From Podarcis erhardii (lineage: Eukaryota): DNA of 64,000 nt. The stretch is taken from assembly GCA_964252035.1 (NCBI GenBank), contig OZ176203.1, one strand, 5' to 3'. This document shows, piece by piece, positions 49,386 to 62,246 of the stretch. Positions within the stretch are counted from its first letter, which is position 1, and each line of letters opens with the position of its first letter. The notes under the pieces were generated by a model. It worked only from the letters and a program-made list of their open reading frames with translations. It had not been told where the DNA came from and did not search any database. Both the position numbers and the translations under genes were made by a program.

Positions 49386-51514
49386 CGTCACCTTATATTT
49401 GTTATACATAGCTGTTCTACATAGGCTTCAGATGTGAAAAAGAGGTTATGATGCTTCTTCTATTTTCAGCTCATGCCAGCCTCAGGAGAAATTAGTTTTT
49501 ATTAAATTGAACAAGGTTTGGGGAAATTATTGTTTTTATTTTTATTGAAACTGGGTAAATTTTAGTGAAATGCTGAGGACAATGAGCTCAAATAAATTTT
49601 GTGGGCGCTAGAATATCCAACTGCCCTCTTCAGATTTACTGCCTGGTTCAACACTCAACATACGGACAACTAATTTTTGCAGACATTTTACTTAAACAGC
49701 GAAGCTGAGAGCAAGTCAAAGTCCTTATGACGTTGATTAAATAAAAATTTAGATTCAAAAGCAAGATGACTACCTGCAGTGAGCTAATGAACCAAGCAAC
49801 TATGTGCTTCACTGAAACTATAAAGCAGCTTTAAAGTGCTTCAATAACCCTAGATTCTGTAATCAACAGTCTGTGTTGCTGGCCAGCCCAGTCTCAGATC
49901 TTGCTTTTTCAACTGAATGAGGAACTGCTTTCAGCCCTGTAACATGTGAATTGTCCAGCTGGACAAAGAAATGGATAAACATGACTCCTTGGATAGGAGG
50001 CAAGTGGGAAAGGTCTAGAAGATCTATATAGCTAGGAAATAGTAAAACAACACTAATGACTGTAGTAAGAGGAAAGGCTTTTTTAATAAAAAAACTTTCA
50101 TAATATTAGATCACAGAGGCTTCTGCTATGGATTATAGTTCATAGTGGGAGGATATATTTCATGATATTGTGCACACAGAAACAAATTAAACTACACAGT
50201 GTTTTTACAATTAGCTAGCTATATTATAACAGTATTTATATACCCCAGGTTGTCTTAGCAGTCTATAAACATACATTTAGTAAGGGCACTCAGACAAACA
50301 CACATTAGGTGTGCAACATAAAATCCTTAGTTGCTAGTTTCCTTTATTCATTTAATAACCCCATTAATCTTCACGGCAGGGTTGTGTGATGAGGAATGCA
50401 AACTAGAGGTAAGAGGATACAGGGGCACTGGCATTGCCCAACCTTGCAAGCCAGCCAGAATGTACTTACCAACCTCCTTGCTTCTAAAATGTATCTTTCC
50501 CAAGGACCATCAGCATAGTTGTGAAAGTGTCTGGCAAAAGGCACAAAATGGACCTTGTATATTTTCTTAATTTCTTATAAGAGCAGCTCTTTCACCAAGA
50601 GCTTCCAAGTTGGCTGGGGAAAGTTTAATTTTTATATGTTGCAGAGATGAAAATCCATGAACTTTGTAAGCATCTTAACACATTTTCCTCTTGGGGGGGT
50701 GACTTTTCTGTTTTATATCTACCCAAAAATAGGAGTTAGATGAAGTTTCAGAAATGACCAGTTGATAAGGCACTCTGTTCTAACCATAAGTTAGTGCTGC
50801 AGAGATTAAGGGAGGGATGCTCTGCCACCACCCAGACAGGGAATCAAGGCCACTAGAAGACTGTTCCAAACAAGATCATAATGGGAAGGAGGAGGGAGAC
50901 CACACTTGCCCCACCTATTCCCCAGAGAAGCAGCAGATGTAGTGAGCTTGCTTCCCCCTTTCTGTGCATGAAGGAGCACTTTGCTCCAACTGCCAGTTAC
51001 CTGGGACTGCAGAACTGAAGGAAAGGAGGCACATACTGGTCTCCTAGCCAAGTGCCCTGGACCATTAGCAGGCTGCACACCCTCCCTCCCAAGAAAGCTA
51101 TTGCAACAACAGAGAGATCAGCCTAGTCTCATCCATCAGCCAGTGGAACAACAGCTGCTCCAATGCTTGGCTTCCTCTTCCCTCCCTCCTTTTTGCTTTG
51201 CTTTGTGTCCTGTTGATTATATTGTAAGCATATAATCAGAGACTACCTTACTGTTAAATGCATGCATAGTGTTCTAAGTGCTGTACCAGCATTAAAGTGT
51301 TTACAGGTTTTGTTCTGGTGAACATAGCTGCGGCTATTATTATCATTATCAATACACCTTTTTATCACTGACAAGGATAGGTTTGAACCGTCTTTTACTC
51401 TCCTTGGTTTCTTACTGCGAAATTAGCAAACAAATTATGAGAAGACAAAATTTCTGGTCTTCTCTAATTCCCAGAAACTAGAGAAATGGAGGACAAGAAA
51501 TCCAGAAAGTAAAG

Positions 51515-52550
51515 ATGCATAAATATCTCAGAATTTTATTCCAGAGTAACTCAGGTTGGTTAAACCATTGCAAAAGCACTATAAAACAGGCAAAGTGTAC
51601 CTCCTCAGCAGTAGCTCACTTTTATTTTCAGAAAGGTAACCAATTCATGCCAGCTGCCATTCAGATTTTTCAAGCTAAAGTGTCGTCCCAGCTACTTTTT
51701 GGGATCCCAATATGGATACAAGCATATAATAGTGATTTAGATAAAATATACTCAAGTTTCTTGAGACATATCTTCGGGCTCCCAAATTCAATCAGGTATG
51801 AGACGATGTGTGCAGAATTAGGTATATTCATGATGGAATATTGGGCATGGACAAGCACTATAAAATACTAGCTGTGTTGCCATTTTCGTTCCCAACCTTC
51901 AAGTCTGCTTTCTGATTTACTTAAGGACTCCTATAAATCCAGATGGCTCCAACTCATACACAGCAAAATTAGATCTACTGGTATTGACTTGGAATTATTG
52001 TATAATTCTAGTGAGCAAGATATTTATCGCAATATCCAAAATTAAAGGATATTGAAAAACAAAACACTGAGTCTGCTGTAAATAAAATCTGGTCCCCCAG
52101 GTTCTATGGTTTAAATACAACCAGTAACAGGATCACTTATATCTCAAAATTAACAATTCCAGCCTAATGCAGGACACTTATGTTAGTCCGACTGAACGCT
52201 TTCCCCTCAGCTTTTGTTAAGGGCAGATATTTAAACATCCCTAGAAATGGTAGGCATGTTGTTATTTGAATATTTCTACAGTCCAACCAGCTACATAAAC
52301 GCGTGATATCCTTCTTTTTGCGTAGTTTACCATCATGGCACAATGAAAATATCAGATTATACCTGTCTGATATTAAGCCGGAGGTAACTGCAAAGGTGGC
52401 TGAGTTTCTGTTAATAGTATCTCCTGGAGTGGTGAATGGCAGCAGGAAGACACTCCAATGAAAATTTCTGTATATGGATGTTTTAAGATGGTCTGTATCT
52501 GTAATGCCTAATAAATGTAATGCCTAATAAATGTAATGCCTAATAAATGT
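51515..52550 (+). mobile_element. Decayed non-LTR retrotransposon (RTE-X-like) 3' part with triplicated tail
   Basis: ORF 51515-51871 IFQAKVSSQLLFGIPIW...FLRHIFGLPN...AELG resembles the post-RT region of LINE ORF2. Ends in GTAATGCCTAATAAAT x3 (52501-52548). Clade assignment is tentative. Confidence 0.55.
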
Positions 52551-52580
52551 TTGGAGAAAGAAAGGCAATAGCTAACAACA

Positions 52581-52700
52581 ATTTGTTACTTATATCTGTC
52601 CCCCCCATCTGACTGGGTTGCCCCAGCCATGCTGGGCAGTATCCAACAGAATATAAAAAACAAAGCAAAACATTGTACATTAAAAACTTCCCTTCTGCTG
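52581..52700 (-). mobile_element. L2-like 3' end fragment
   Basis: CCCCATCTGACTGGGTTGCCCCAGCCATGCTGGGC...ACATTAAAAACTTCCC is a common lacertid L2 terminus in reverse. Confidence 0.55.
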
Positions 52701-54285
52701 AAGCAAAACCTGATTGTACCTACAGCTTTCAAAGTATTGCTTTCAAGAGGTGATGGGGAGGGGCTTGACACTGCCTAATGAAGTTCGTTTCCTCCGAGAT
52801 TGGCGATGGGATAAAAGTTTGCCTTGAGGAGGTTGAAAAAAAGCATTCCTGTCAAACTGGGGCTCTGAATTACACACCCAGAACCACAGGGGCAAGGAGA
52901 ACAGGCTCTGAAGAGACACCCTCTACCTAAAATAGTCACACACTTTCACTACTTCATTTGGACATCATAATAAACCATGGATTCATAAGAAAGGAATGCA
53001 CCTGTGAGACCCTTGGCCTTGCTTGGCCAGAAGGAGTTCAGAGCCCTTGCTCCTGTTTTGTTTTGTTGCTCCTGTTTCGGAACAGCATACATGAGAAAAA
53101 ATAACATTTTATCGGAAAAATCAGAACAGTTTGATACTGATTTATGATTTCTAGTGTTTGCTTTGAAAACAATGCATTCTTAAAAGTAGTTGACTGGGAA
53201 TTACAAGCACAACCAAAACTGAAAACTGTTGACAGTATGCAAAGCAATTTCCAGAGCAAACAGGTGTAAAAACTGGTCTTAATGTTAATACTCTGAACAC
53301 TGAAATACATCCATACAATATGAAGTATTAAGAACCACATTTGATGACATTAACCATTATTTGGTATGTAAAAACATGCAAAGGTTTGCTAAGAGGATTT
53401 CACACACTCCACTCATAATACGTTCTTCATTTGAAATACTCTTTCACTTATGAGAAGTAAGGAGACATTGTGGGAATTTTCAACAAAGGTGTATATCCAC
53501 CAACAAAGGTGTATATCTGGCTCTATACTAGGGGGCAGCCATTTTTTTCTGAACAGCTTTCAAAGACACCCACACATTTCTTGAATTGCCATAATCTAGC
53601 AAAGATGCTACCAGAGTCGGGATAACTGTGGCCATATGATCTCTTCAGAAGAGGGTGCAGATCTATTAGACTATAACACATTTGTGCTGCATTCAGCATG
53701 GACTTCAATTCAGAGCAGATACATCTTGGAAGATCTAAAACTCTGATTTATCTCCTGAGGAGACCCAAGGACTCTTGTATCAGCAATTAATGCTTTAAGA
53801 CCATCTGTTTTAACTGCTACACAAGTGTCATGCTGACACTGCAAGGACTTTATGCTGGTATGTAGGTATCAGCAGGGGCACTCCTACTAGTCACCATATT
53901 GGTGAAGATGAACCACTGTTATGAACTATGATGTTAACACACAAAATGGCACACGACACATGCATAAACAAATTTGATGTAAATTTATTTCCTTTTTTGT
54001 GAGTGGGGCGGAGGGCTGAATTCACATGCAGCACACTGACCCAATAAAACACTGCTGGCATCTCAATCCAGCATCTTAATTCTGGAAGCTCACAAGCCCT
54101 TGTTGGGCCATTTTGGTGGTGGGGGTGGGTTTGTTTTGTTTTTAGATTACAAAAGTCTATATTTCTGTGTATCTAGGGAGCACCCCGGTATGTAGAAACC
54201 ACTCCCTTATTTTTGGGTGTCCCTATTTTGATTCCAAATTGAAACACTGAGATCACTGTTGCAATAGAATCTGAATTTTATTTGC

Positions 54286-54288
<3 letters not shown>

Positions 54289-54330
<42 letters not shown>
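54289..54330. repeat. (TA)21 microsatellite
   Basis: Read directly. Confidence 0.95.
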
Positions 54331-54332
<2 letters not shown>

Positions 54333-55299
54333 AGAGATATTTTTTAGCTGCAGATTTTGAGACCTTAAATATATGTATAAAAAAAGGCAAACTCAATGTC
54401 GGGAATTATTATGAAAAATATTAATAATGAGAGAAACAAGCATCATAACGGTATTTTATAATCTATTATAGTCACATTTAAGAATAGTTTGTACAATTCT
54501 GCCAATTCCAAGGTCATCTTAGAGCTAGAAAAGCTACTGAAATGAGCAACTAAAATGATAATTAAAGCAATCTTTTTCATATGGAAGTATTTTCATTTTA
54601 AAAAAAGATTGAGGCTGCACTCGTAAACACACAATGAGTAAGCATCACTCAACCCAGTACTGTAGATCTTATTTTTGAGAAAAGTTTCATAAAATTAAAC
54701 AGTAGAGGCAAGATACAATAGAAATGTATAAAATTAATAACAACCTGATATTTGGACAATTTTTCTCCTTATATAATACCAGAGCTTGTTAGATCACCCC
54801 ATTAATTTGAAAGGGCTTGCTTCAGGGCTGATGGAAAAGTACTTCACAAAATACATAGATAATGTCTTCATTTCAAAAAACTAGACCTCACTTAATGTTT
54901 AAACTCATGAAGACTTACAATCAAAAAGTTAAAATATATAACCTCCATAAACAAATATGAACATCAAAGCCAAGCCCCAATAACAACCTCCGAAACAGGC
55001 AACTAAACTATGATATTAGATACACTAGCAAAAAGCAAGTTAGGTAAAATCCCCTTTAAAGCAGCCATGTTTTTACTAGTCTCGAAAACAAAATCGCCTC
55101 AGGTCCTGATGCTTTCCACAGCAGTGGATGCCAAAACGGAAAAGGACTGAACCCTGGCTATTCCTGGGATTGAGGGATCTGGAATAAGGTTTCAAAGGAT
55201 GACCAAAACTTGTGGGAAGGAAGATATGGAAGAAGGCAGCCCTTAAACTACTCATTCCCAAGCTGCTGAAAGCTTCAAAGGGTTAACACCAGAACCTTG

Positions 55300-55520
55300 A
55301 ATTAGGCTTTGGAAACAAAGCCATAACCAGCGCAGAGCATGTTAAACTGATGTGACGGAATCAAAACGCTGGACAGCAAACTGGTTGCAACATTTGTACT
55401 TGCAGCCACTTCCAAACGTTTTTTCAACGCAGCACCCCCAATGTAGAGTACAGTACAGTAGTCCAACCTGGAGGTTGCTATGGCATAAATTACTGTAGCA
55501 AGGTCCAATCGTTGCATTTA
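55300..55520 (-). mobile_element. L2 LINE ORF2 fragment
   Basis: DLATVIYAIATSRLDYCTVLYIG matches the L2 motif (HALVTSRLDYCN.L..G). Confidence 0.8.
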
Positions 55521-56964
55521 CGTACAGTAATCGTTCAACTCTGGCAGATGTGCTGTTTGAGAACTTTTATGCAACTCCACCACCCCCACCCTGAAACGTT
55601 CACTGTGGAAATCTTGCAGAAATTAAAAACAACATTGTGCAATATATACACAGCTAAACATTCATCTCAATGGAATTTGCACAGAAGAAATTCTCAGCAA
55701 ACTGTGCCCAGATGATTTATATTACGATGAACTGACCAATAGGCTCTCTTAAGGGACATAAATGAACACTTTAGATTATATAGGTAGTACATAGCTGTGG
55801 AATATATATATACTTTTTGTTAATTAGGTATCCAATAGTAACAAATTATGCACCTATTACAGATGACCTTTGGAGTCACTCAAGGTACAGTCACAATCAT
55901 GCATTAAAATCTGCTTTTCACTGTAATGTGTGAATGTATGAAATTAAATGAGGCTTGCAATGTAATCAGTGTGGTTGGCTGCCTTAATATATTCCATTTC
56001 AATTTCAAATCACCACAAGCCAAGAGTGATGAATCTAATTTGATCCGTTGCTCACAAAACCAGTGAAAAGAGTTGTTAGAAGCCTTATCAACAACTGGCA
56101 CCATGGCCACATTTCAAAAGTGGTTAATATTATTTTATTATTATGTTCTAATATCAATGGAAGTCTTAAAATATTCAAACCCAAGAAAAATAAAATTCCA
56201 CAGTGTTAGAAAGGCACACAATATTAATCTAGCAAAAACTATACGCTTTAATTAAAATCCACAGAACCCAGTAACTTCAGAATAAAACCTATAATATTGA
56301 TAAACAGTAGGAAGTAGTTAGTCCCAAGAATAGCATCCTAGTATAACTGTGCGTATGGAAACTCATTACTTATAAAAATGTATTCACCACATCACCAGTA
56401 TCTTCCATTAATATCATTATTATTGTTTGATAGCATCTAGTGATGTCCCTCTGCTGACAGAGGGATTCAGCAATGGCTGCTGGCAATGGAAAGGGGAGGG
56501 TGGGGATTTTTCCAATTCCGCACAGCTATTATGCTGCACCACTTCCCATGCTGTTTTGAAGGGTCTCCTAACTCTTTGGAGAAGATTGGGAGGCAGTGCT
56601 ACAGGGAGGAGGGGGAATCAGAAAAAATTAGACTTATTCTCCATTCCACTTTCAACGTCCTCTGAATCAAAGTGCTTTCTGACAGCAAAGGAGCACTACT
56701 GGATACAACCCATATTAATTCACCCTATTGGATTCAGTAAATTAATTGATTTATCTATAACTCAAATGTGCATATGGGTAAAATAAATATTTCTGAAGAA
56801 AGAAGCACAGTTTTGTTTTTAGATGGCGCATACAATGGCTGAGTTCACACATAAGGCCAAGCCATCATTTGTTTAATTGTGGTTTAAAACCATGCGTTGC
56901 TGTGGCTTACAAGGCTTGCTTTCGCTATGGCTCGTTGTTACCTAACAAAAACTGTCCAGGCAGA

Positions 56965-57215
56965 GTGAGAGCTTATCCATGCTTACCTTGTGCCCTGTTT
57001 GTCCCAGGTTTGTCTGAGCGCCCCCTTTTTTTGCTCTGGAGCTTTCCCTGCAAACAGCTACTTCGGTTTTCCATGGACTGCCATCTGTTCTAATTCTGCT
57101 TTAAAGAGCAGGTTTTGTTGGGGAAGACTCCAGGGCAAAAAAGGGGGGAGGCGTTCAGACACGGAACTTTAGAGCACAGTCCGAGCCTGGAAAGCATGGA
57201 TAAGTCCTGGCTCTT
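56965..57215. mobile_element. Imperfect long palindrome, probable non-autonomous DNA transposon remnant
   Basis: CTTATCCATGCTT pairs with AAGCATGGATAAG; GTCTGAGCGCCCCCTTTTTTTGCTCTGGAG pairs with CTCCAGGGCAAAAAAGGGGGAGGCGTTCAGAC. Confidence 0.55.
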
Positions 57216-57391
57216 GCTAGTGCTTTTTGGGAAGTAACCTTCCCTGTTCATTCTGCCTGGCAATAGACCCCTTTCCCCAACAAACTTCTTCCTGGCAAGG
57301 CCTTCCTCTAAAGCAAACCCACCTAGCCTTGCTGCTGCTCTGCAAGGAGAGAAAAATGTAAAGGGACTGTTGGCTAATTCACTAACATATA

Positions 57392-57633
57392 CAGTGGTAC
57401 CTCAGGTTACAGATGCTTCGCTAACCCAGATGCTCAGTAACCTCAGGTTACAGATGCTCCGCTAACCCAGAAATAGTACCTCGGGTTAAGAACTTTGCTT
57501 CAGGATGAGAACAGAAATCGTGTGGCGGCGGCAGGAGGCCCCATTAGCTAAAGTGGTGCCTCAGGTTAAGAACAGTTTCAGGTTAAGAATGGACCTCCAG
57601 AACGAATTAAGTTCTTAACCCGAGGTACCACTG
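57392..57633 (-). mobile_element. MITE family A copy 6 (inverted orientation)
   Basis: Same TIRs with reverse-complemented interior; TA flanks. Confidence 0.9.
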
Positions 57634-58462
57634 TATCCAAGTGAGTATGTTGAAAACACAACTTAACACATGCACACAAGCTCAGATAAAATAATATATC
57701 CCCTCAGGCTCTGAATGATTTACTTTTTAAAGGCCTCAAGGAAAATGAGGGACTCAGGATGCATTGAAGAAGCAAAAACTGAAAAGTAGTGAACAACGGG
57801 ATTTGTTGAGGCATCTCTCACAAGCTTCCACTGACAAGAACCCGCTCATTCTACAGTCTGCACACAGGAAACTAAGTGAGAGATTTCAGGTGCATTGCAC
57901 AGCAGCTAGCAGGAGGGAGAAGCAGATCAGAACGGAGCTCAGGGAAGTTCAATTAACAGCTGACTTGCAAAAGGTGGTGGTGGCCAGGATAGAGTGTGTG
58001 TTGGAACTCACGGGGGAGCTCTGGCAAGCAGGGCACTGCCACACTTTGCCCAAACTATGGAGCCTCTTACAGGTAAAGTTTCTCTGAGAAGAAGCCAAAG
58101 AACACTGGCCTTTCTATTTCACACTTTAGGTTTCCCTCTCCTCTCAGCACCATTGCAGGTGAATCGTCTATTGCCGGAAGAAAGGGAGGGAACATTGTTT
58201 GGTTCGCATGTGCAGAAAGCAGCTGAAAATCTCTAAGTAGAGTCCCATGCCCTGCATATGCAGTGGGCCAATGCCAACTGAGCAGGTGATGTGCCAAGGC
58301 CATGCCTGTATAGGAGTACTGCAAGGGCATTCAGGGCATCAGATGAAGAATGGCAGGAGACAACAAAGGTGTGGTTTATTTCGTTATCTGTGGAGGCTGA
58401 TCCTGGCTTCTTTAAGAGGCCATGGTTAAAATATATTTTAGCATAGTGTTAAGTGTGAAAGT

Positions 58463-58820
58463 AGGGACACGGGTGGCGCTGTGGGTTAAACCACAGAGTC
58501 TAGGACTTGCCAATCAGAAGGTCGGCGGTTCAAATCCCCGCGACGGGGTGAGCTCCTGTTGCTCGGTCCCTGCTCCTGCCAACCTAGCAGTTCGAAAGCA
58601 CGTCAAAGTGCAAGTAGATAAATAGGTACCGCTCCAGCGGGAAGGTAAACAGCGTTTCCGTGCGCTGCTCTGGTTCGCCAGAAGCTGCTTGGTCATGCTG
58701 GCCACATGACCCGGAAGCTGTACGCCGGCTCCCTCGGCCAATAAAGCGAGATGAGTGCCGCAACGCCAGAGTCGGTCACAACTGGATCTAATGGTCAGGG
58801 GTCCCTTTACCTTTACCTTT
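58463..58820 (+). mobile_element. Sauria SINE, full length
   Basis: A-box TGGCGCTGTGG, B-box GGTTCAAATCC (58527-58537), (ACCTTT)n tail, and target duplication (TT)AAGTGTGAAAGT at 58449-58462 and 58819-58832. Confidence 0.92.
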
Positions 58821-60626
58821 AAGTGTGAAAGTGGACAAAAACCTCCCCATGCTTAAAAATATATATGGGAGAATGCCTCTTTTAAGACGGTACTTACAAT
58901 CTGTGGTTTTTATGAGAACTTTTTTTAAAAGCATTCTGTCCCTGCTGCCCTGGTATGTACTTTTAATTGGGATAGCCATTAAGTCTTTTATGTATCCAGA
59001 TTATTTTTCTAAACTTTTAAAAGTAAAGTAAGACATATGTGCACATATGCACCCGCATCAAAAAGCAAAACCATGCACAAGTCCAATCAAGAACAACAAT
59101 CCACACACAATTTAAGTTCTTCTATTTGTAGAACAGTCCCTCCCCCAAACTTCCTATAACTAATATAGAGAGGAAATAGTTCCTACGGGGATTCAAATGA
59201 AATATTTCAACTCTAATGTACTTGTTACTATTTCTGTTACTAATCCAACCCCATAGTTATAGCCCACTCACAGCAATAAAAACATGAAGCAGCCACATAA
59301 ATAGCTCAGTATTTTAATTCCAAGTTCATAATATCTGACACTAATAGGATTATTTGTTTTTATCTAGTAAATAAAATAGCTCAGTCTGTCACTCACTTCC
59401 TTGTATTCTTTTTTGTCTTGCTGCATACATCTTTTGTAAAATGAAAATGTCTGTTTTAAGTGGAAATAATACGGTACATAACATTTTCATGTCAAAATAA
59501 CTGCATTCTTAGATTTTGTGTTAAATAATTTAAGACAGGAAAATATTTTGATACACATTTGACAGTTATAATCCTAGCAAGACCAACATCTTCATAGGTT
59601 AAAAATAAGGTGAAAATAAAGAATGCAAGGTAACTGGACAAGTTACTAGATTTTTATTCTGAAAACCTGGGTGCAAACCGAACTCAACGAAAGCAGCAAG
59701 ATGCATTGCTGAACGCTGATGAATTCAGTGAATTTAAGAGGCCAGCTTTGACACTTTTAGTAAAGGTCTCTCTATAAAAAAAGGTAAATGAGCTTATTCT
59801 AGTTTTTTACCAGTATCATAGGACATTCATGTAAATGTGCAATAGGCAGCCTTTGATTAAATGGTGGGAAAATAAGAGCAGGATGCTCACTTTATTACTC
59901 TAGTTTATACTTTAATTTTTTTTACACAACAACAACTTGGTAAGCGTATTTGGGACATAATTCTCAAAGTTCAAATCAAGTGTTACCCATTTTAAAATAA
60001 GGGAGGGAAACAGACAGATGTGAAACAGGGATATTAAATGGAGCATAATACAAAGACAAAAATGACATATCAATTTTGCTTTACATTTTTTCTAGACTAT
60101 AAGGCACAACATTATTTTATTCTCTGCCACAGGTTGTAGTCAGAAGAGGTGCATCTTTCAGTGTTATGAGGCAGACTGTGCCTTTTCCCAAAAGCACATT
60201 AGTCTGGCATGGAGAAGGAGCCCGTGAGTAATCAAATCTGACACCAGCCAGCTGCGATGGTACAATTCCCACAATGCAATTCAGAACTGGGTATTGCACC
60301 ACGGGAATCATAACATGAGCGATGTCCAGCAGCAGTCCAAGCCAAGCAACTGATTGGCTTCCAACAGTGCCAGTGCCTTACATACCTATTCAGAAGGAGG
60401 GTGTGAATGGTGAATACAGACTTGCTCACGCCTCCACCACTAGGGAATCTGGTCACTCGCTGTATGCTGAGGGTCCATTCAAGCCTGGGGATTGGCCTTG
60501 AGTGCTTCATAAACAAGTTGTGATGCGCTCTTTGGATCCTAATATCCAGGTAAAAGAATGCTGGATAAAGGGAGTCTCACTTTGTAGAACATGTTGACAC
60601 AGAGTTTTCATTTTGGAATGTTTGTA

Positions 60627-60852
60627 CAGTGGTACCTCGGGTTAAGTACTTAATTCATTCCGGAGGTCTGTTCTTAACCTGAAACTGTTCTTAACCTGAA
60701 GCACCACTTTAGCTAATGGGGCCTCCCGCTACTGCCGCGCCACCAGAGCACGATTTCTGTTCTCATCCTGAAGCAAAGTTCTTAACCCAAGGTACTATTT
60801 CTGGGTTAGCGGAGTCTGTAACCTGAAGCGTATGTAACCCGAGGTACCACTG
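60627..60852 (+). mobile_element. MITE family A copy 7
   Basis: TIRs, TA flanks, same internal sequence. Confidence 0.9.
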
Positions 60853-62171
60853 TACTTAATACAAAAAAACAACCACCTTATATAACCTCTGTCATGAGGT
60901 TCCCACCATTCAGCTCTACCTATTTTAAGACTGCTCCCTCCTACTGACCAAACATTCCAGCCAGATTCTCCAGTGCTTCAGTTTGAATTAAATTTGATTT
61001 AAACTGTTGTGATTTGTCCTGGGACCTTAAGAAGGATGGATAAGAATTTAAACAACAACAACAGCAGCAGCAGCAGCAGTTCAGAGCGATAAGTAGTTTA
61101 CATTGCTGTCATGAAAGGTGGCTTAATTTTTATTTCTATATTTGTAAGTGGCAATGTTAGCTATTAGTGCAAAAACAGCAACAGAGCACCCATATAAAGG
61201 ATTATTGTACTTTAATGTATTGCTTATTAACATGACAATGGGCTTTCCCATATGAAAAGTGCCAAGAAGAGAATCCAGCTAACAACAACCCGAGTCTCAA
61301 GAGATTATAGTATAAAAGATTCTTTGGAGAAATCAAGGCTAATGACTGCTCATAAAAATGATGGCAACTACAATTTATATACCAGCTTTAATTTCAGTGT
61401 TGGTCTTGTTTGTCTGCATGTTATTAGGTCATGAAAGAGGTATGGAAGCCAACTCAGAGAATTCACACTTGAGTTAGGCTTGAAACCTAGAACTCCCAAA
61501 TCCAAATGTAATTGCTGACCATCTGACAACCCCACCTCTCAGTGCTCTGTTTAATTTTAACTCCAAATTATTTATGCTTCATATATCAGCAACGGCTGGC
61601 ATTGTACCACAGAGCTGCCTTCCTGACAGTGGTGTTGCTGCTGCTTGGCTGGGCAGTGGCTGGACTGCCTAGCGGGGCAGGAAGAAAGATTGACTCCACT
61701 ATTGTGCCCATGCAGTCCCAATCTCTCTGCCACCACCCCTACCCCTGCGCCATCTCCGAACGCCAGTGGCCTAATGGCAGCCCTGTGGCACTGCCCCTCT
61801 GGACCAGCCACTCCTGTTGAGTACGTTGCTAGCTATTAAAATTTTTGTGGAAGCAACTAATGCCTTGACCTTCTGAGAGATAACAGTAGCAGCAACAAAA
61901 CAGACATAAGCTCCAGGAAAATTCAGAAGAAAACTGTAAAGCAAAGCAAAATAACTTTATCATACTTTCATAATTCATTAAAGGCAGATGTCGGCAATAT
62001 TTTTAACCATTTGCTGGCTTCAAAAGATGGAGGCCAGGAATTAAATTAAGATGTCAGATGTTAGTAAAGAAAATACGGTAGTAGTTCACCAATTGGTCTT
62101 TTAAATGATCTCCAGTTCATAAAATAAGATTTTAGAATTTTTTTACTAGATAATTATACTTCCTGATTTTG

Positions 62172-62246
62172 TAATTAGTGGAACTACATGTAATTACATA
62201 ATAATTATGATGGTAATTACGTAATTAAGATGTATAATTATGTAGT
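62172..62246. promoter_or_regulatory. Cluster of six TAATTA homeodomain sites in an imperfect palindrome
   Basis: TAATTA at 62172, 62191, 62202, 62214, 62222 and 62235. Function is inferred. Confidence 0.4.

Noticed and set aside
53481-53517. 17-bp direct repeat CAACAAAGGTGTATATC x2
   Set aside because: Simple local duplication at the edge of a decayed repeat; only two copies.
60100-60540. GC-balanced island with faint resemblance to ancient Deu/LF-type SINEs
   Set aside because: Similarity too weak to support by eye; needs a Dfam search.
20432-60852. Recurring repeat interpreted as a CRISPR-like or regularly spaced array
   Set aside because: Copies are kilobases apart, irregularly spaced, and have TIRs and TA duplications, so they are MITEs.
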